Positions 62,331 to 64,000 of a DNA stretch of 64,000 nt are shown here, one piece after another (the first letter of the stretch is position 1; each line of letters begins with the position of its first letter). The stretch comes from the human T2T-CHM13v2.0 reference genome, Homo sapiens. A program made the translations under genes and the position numbers. The stretch lies in the NCBI RefSeq assembly GCF_009914755.1, contig NC_060929.1; one strand, written 5' to 3'. The notes below the pieces were generated by a model. The model had not been told where the DNA came from. It worked only from the letters and a program-made list of their open reading frames with translations, and did not search any database.

Positions 62331-63424
62331 TAGTGACATGGATTTAGCTGGTCCAAGTTCCTTGCAAGCCCCAATCTCAGAGAAGAGAAGGTGATTGGAA
62401 GAAGGTGATTGCCAGAGGCAGGTGCTGTGTGGAGATGGCCGGCCTCCGCTCCCTGTGTCCTCGTTGAACTTCCTATACGGCCAGCTTCCCCAGTCTCCCT
62501 TAAGAGGGTGCCCTTAGCAGTTGGGCCCCTCTCCTTCTTGGTGTCCTTCCCTCCTCTGTAGCTCTGTATTTGTCTTTGCCAGCTCCTTAGCTTCTCTGGC
62601 TCAAAAAAATCTCTCAGTCCTATCTGTGCTGTGGTAGCCCCACTTTTTTCTCTTGGAGTTTTCTGGTGGCTCTCTGGGGCCTTAGGTGGGTCTCTGTATG
62701 CAAAGGGGCTGAGCTTCAGGCAGACGATTGGCTCGGGTGGGAAGGCCCAGCTTTCCTCAGTGTCCTTGTCCTGGCTTAGTGTCTGTGAGGGGCAAGGCCG
62801 GGGCTCCTGAGCCCTGACAGGAGGCCAGAGTGTCTAGAACAGGGTGGCTTGTAGGGAGGGTGTTCCTAACCCTAAGGAACTCTTCTGTTGGGGGCTGCCA
62901 GGGCACCCTCCTGAGGAAGTTGTGTTCCAAGCTCTGCCTGAGCTCCTCCAGCATGCATCTCTCCTGTGTTATGTTCCTGTTTCCGGACTGGGAACGACAA
63001 AGCTTGGGCCTGTGTGCTGGTGCCTGGCCTCTTCCAGGGGTTAACGAAGGTGCCAGGTTGGGGATATTTGAGGACTGGGTGCAGTGAGGGGGATTTTCTC
63101 TTGGAGCTCAGTAAAATGATCATGGGTAGAAAGAAAATGTTCCCACAGCCACAAAGCTGAAAACAAGGGGAGCATAAATAATTAAGACAGAAAATCCTTT
63201 GGGGCTCATGTCTGAGGTGGGAGATACAGATTTGATAATCAAATTTCATCAAAGTGCCACATGCAGGCTGGGTAGCCAGACCAGTGGGCAGCAGAACCAG
63301 GATGTCTCTCCAGCCTGGAGTGTGGCACCATCTGATGCAGGGAGTACAACAGAGATTCAGCTAATACCTGTAATTTCCAGAGAAATAATTTAGGTGTCAC
63401 AATCAGAGCATGGAATTGGAGTGA

Positions 63425-63790
<366 letters not shown>

Positions 63791-64000
63791 TGAGCAGAGG
63801 GAGCCCAAGGAGGAAGATGTTTCTTAAATGTTGAGTCCCAGATCAGGCCCTGGGACTTTGCCTAGAAGAGATTGTGTAGAGGATCCTGATGGAGGGGTCA
63901 TCTTTGTGGTCACACCCCAGACACTAGACAGAGAGGTAGGCCAGTTCTTTAGCCAGGAAAGAAGTGTGTGAGGAATGAAGTTCACTCTTGACTGCATTTG

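Overview
This is human (primate) genomic DNA, not microbial. Bases 1 to ~16,200 hold the 3' half of HSPA4 (Hsp110-family Apg-2) on the + strand: the last eight coding exons, all with GT-AG junctions that join in frame to ...PEMDID*, plus a ~2 kb 3'UTR with tandem poly(A) signals. The remaining ~48 kb is intergenic (from recall, toward FSTL4 on 5q31) with no further protein-coding gene that I can support. It is dominated by transposable elements: about 36 Alus, a 5'-truncated SVA_F, a 4.4 kb 5'-truncated L1PA4-type element, solo LTRs (MLT1, MLT2B, THE1, MER41A), hAT MITEs and MIR/L2 relics. I found no convincing new biological system. The most unusual items are an AluYd-like element with a clean twin-priming 5' inversion, a young sense-strand SVA_F just past the HSPA4 poly(A) site, a compound A13-U38-(UG)10-G-quadruplex module between the two HSPA4 poly(A) signals, phase-0 exons bracketed by inverted Alus, a candidate non-coding exon, and candidate CTCF/enhancer sites. 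Repeat subfamilies and exon numbers are from recall, and repeat edges without target-site duplications (TSDs) are approximate.
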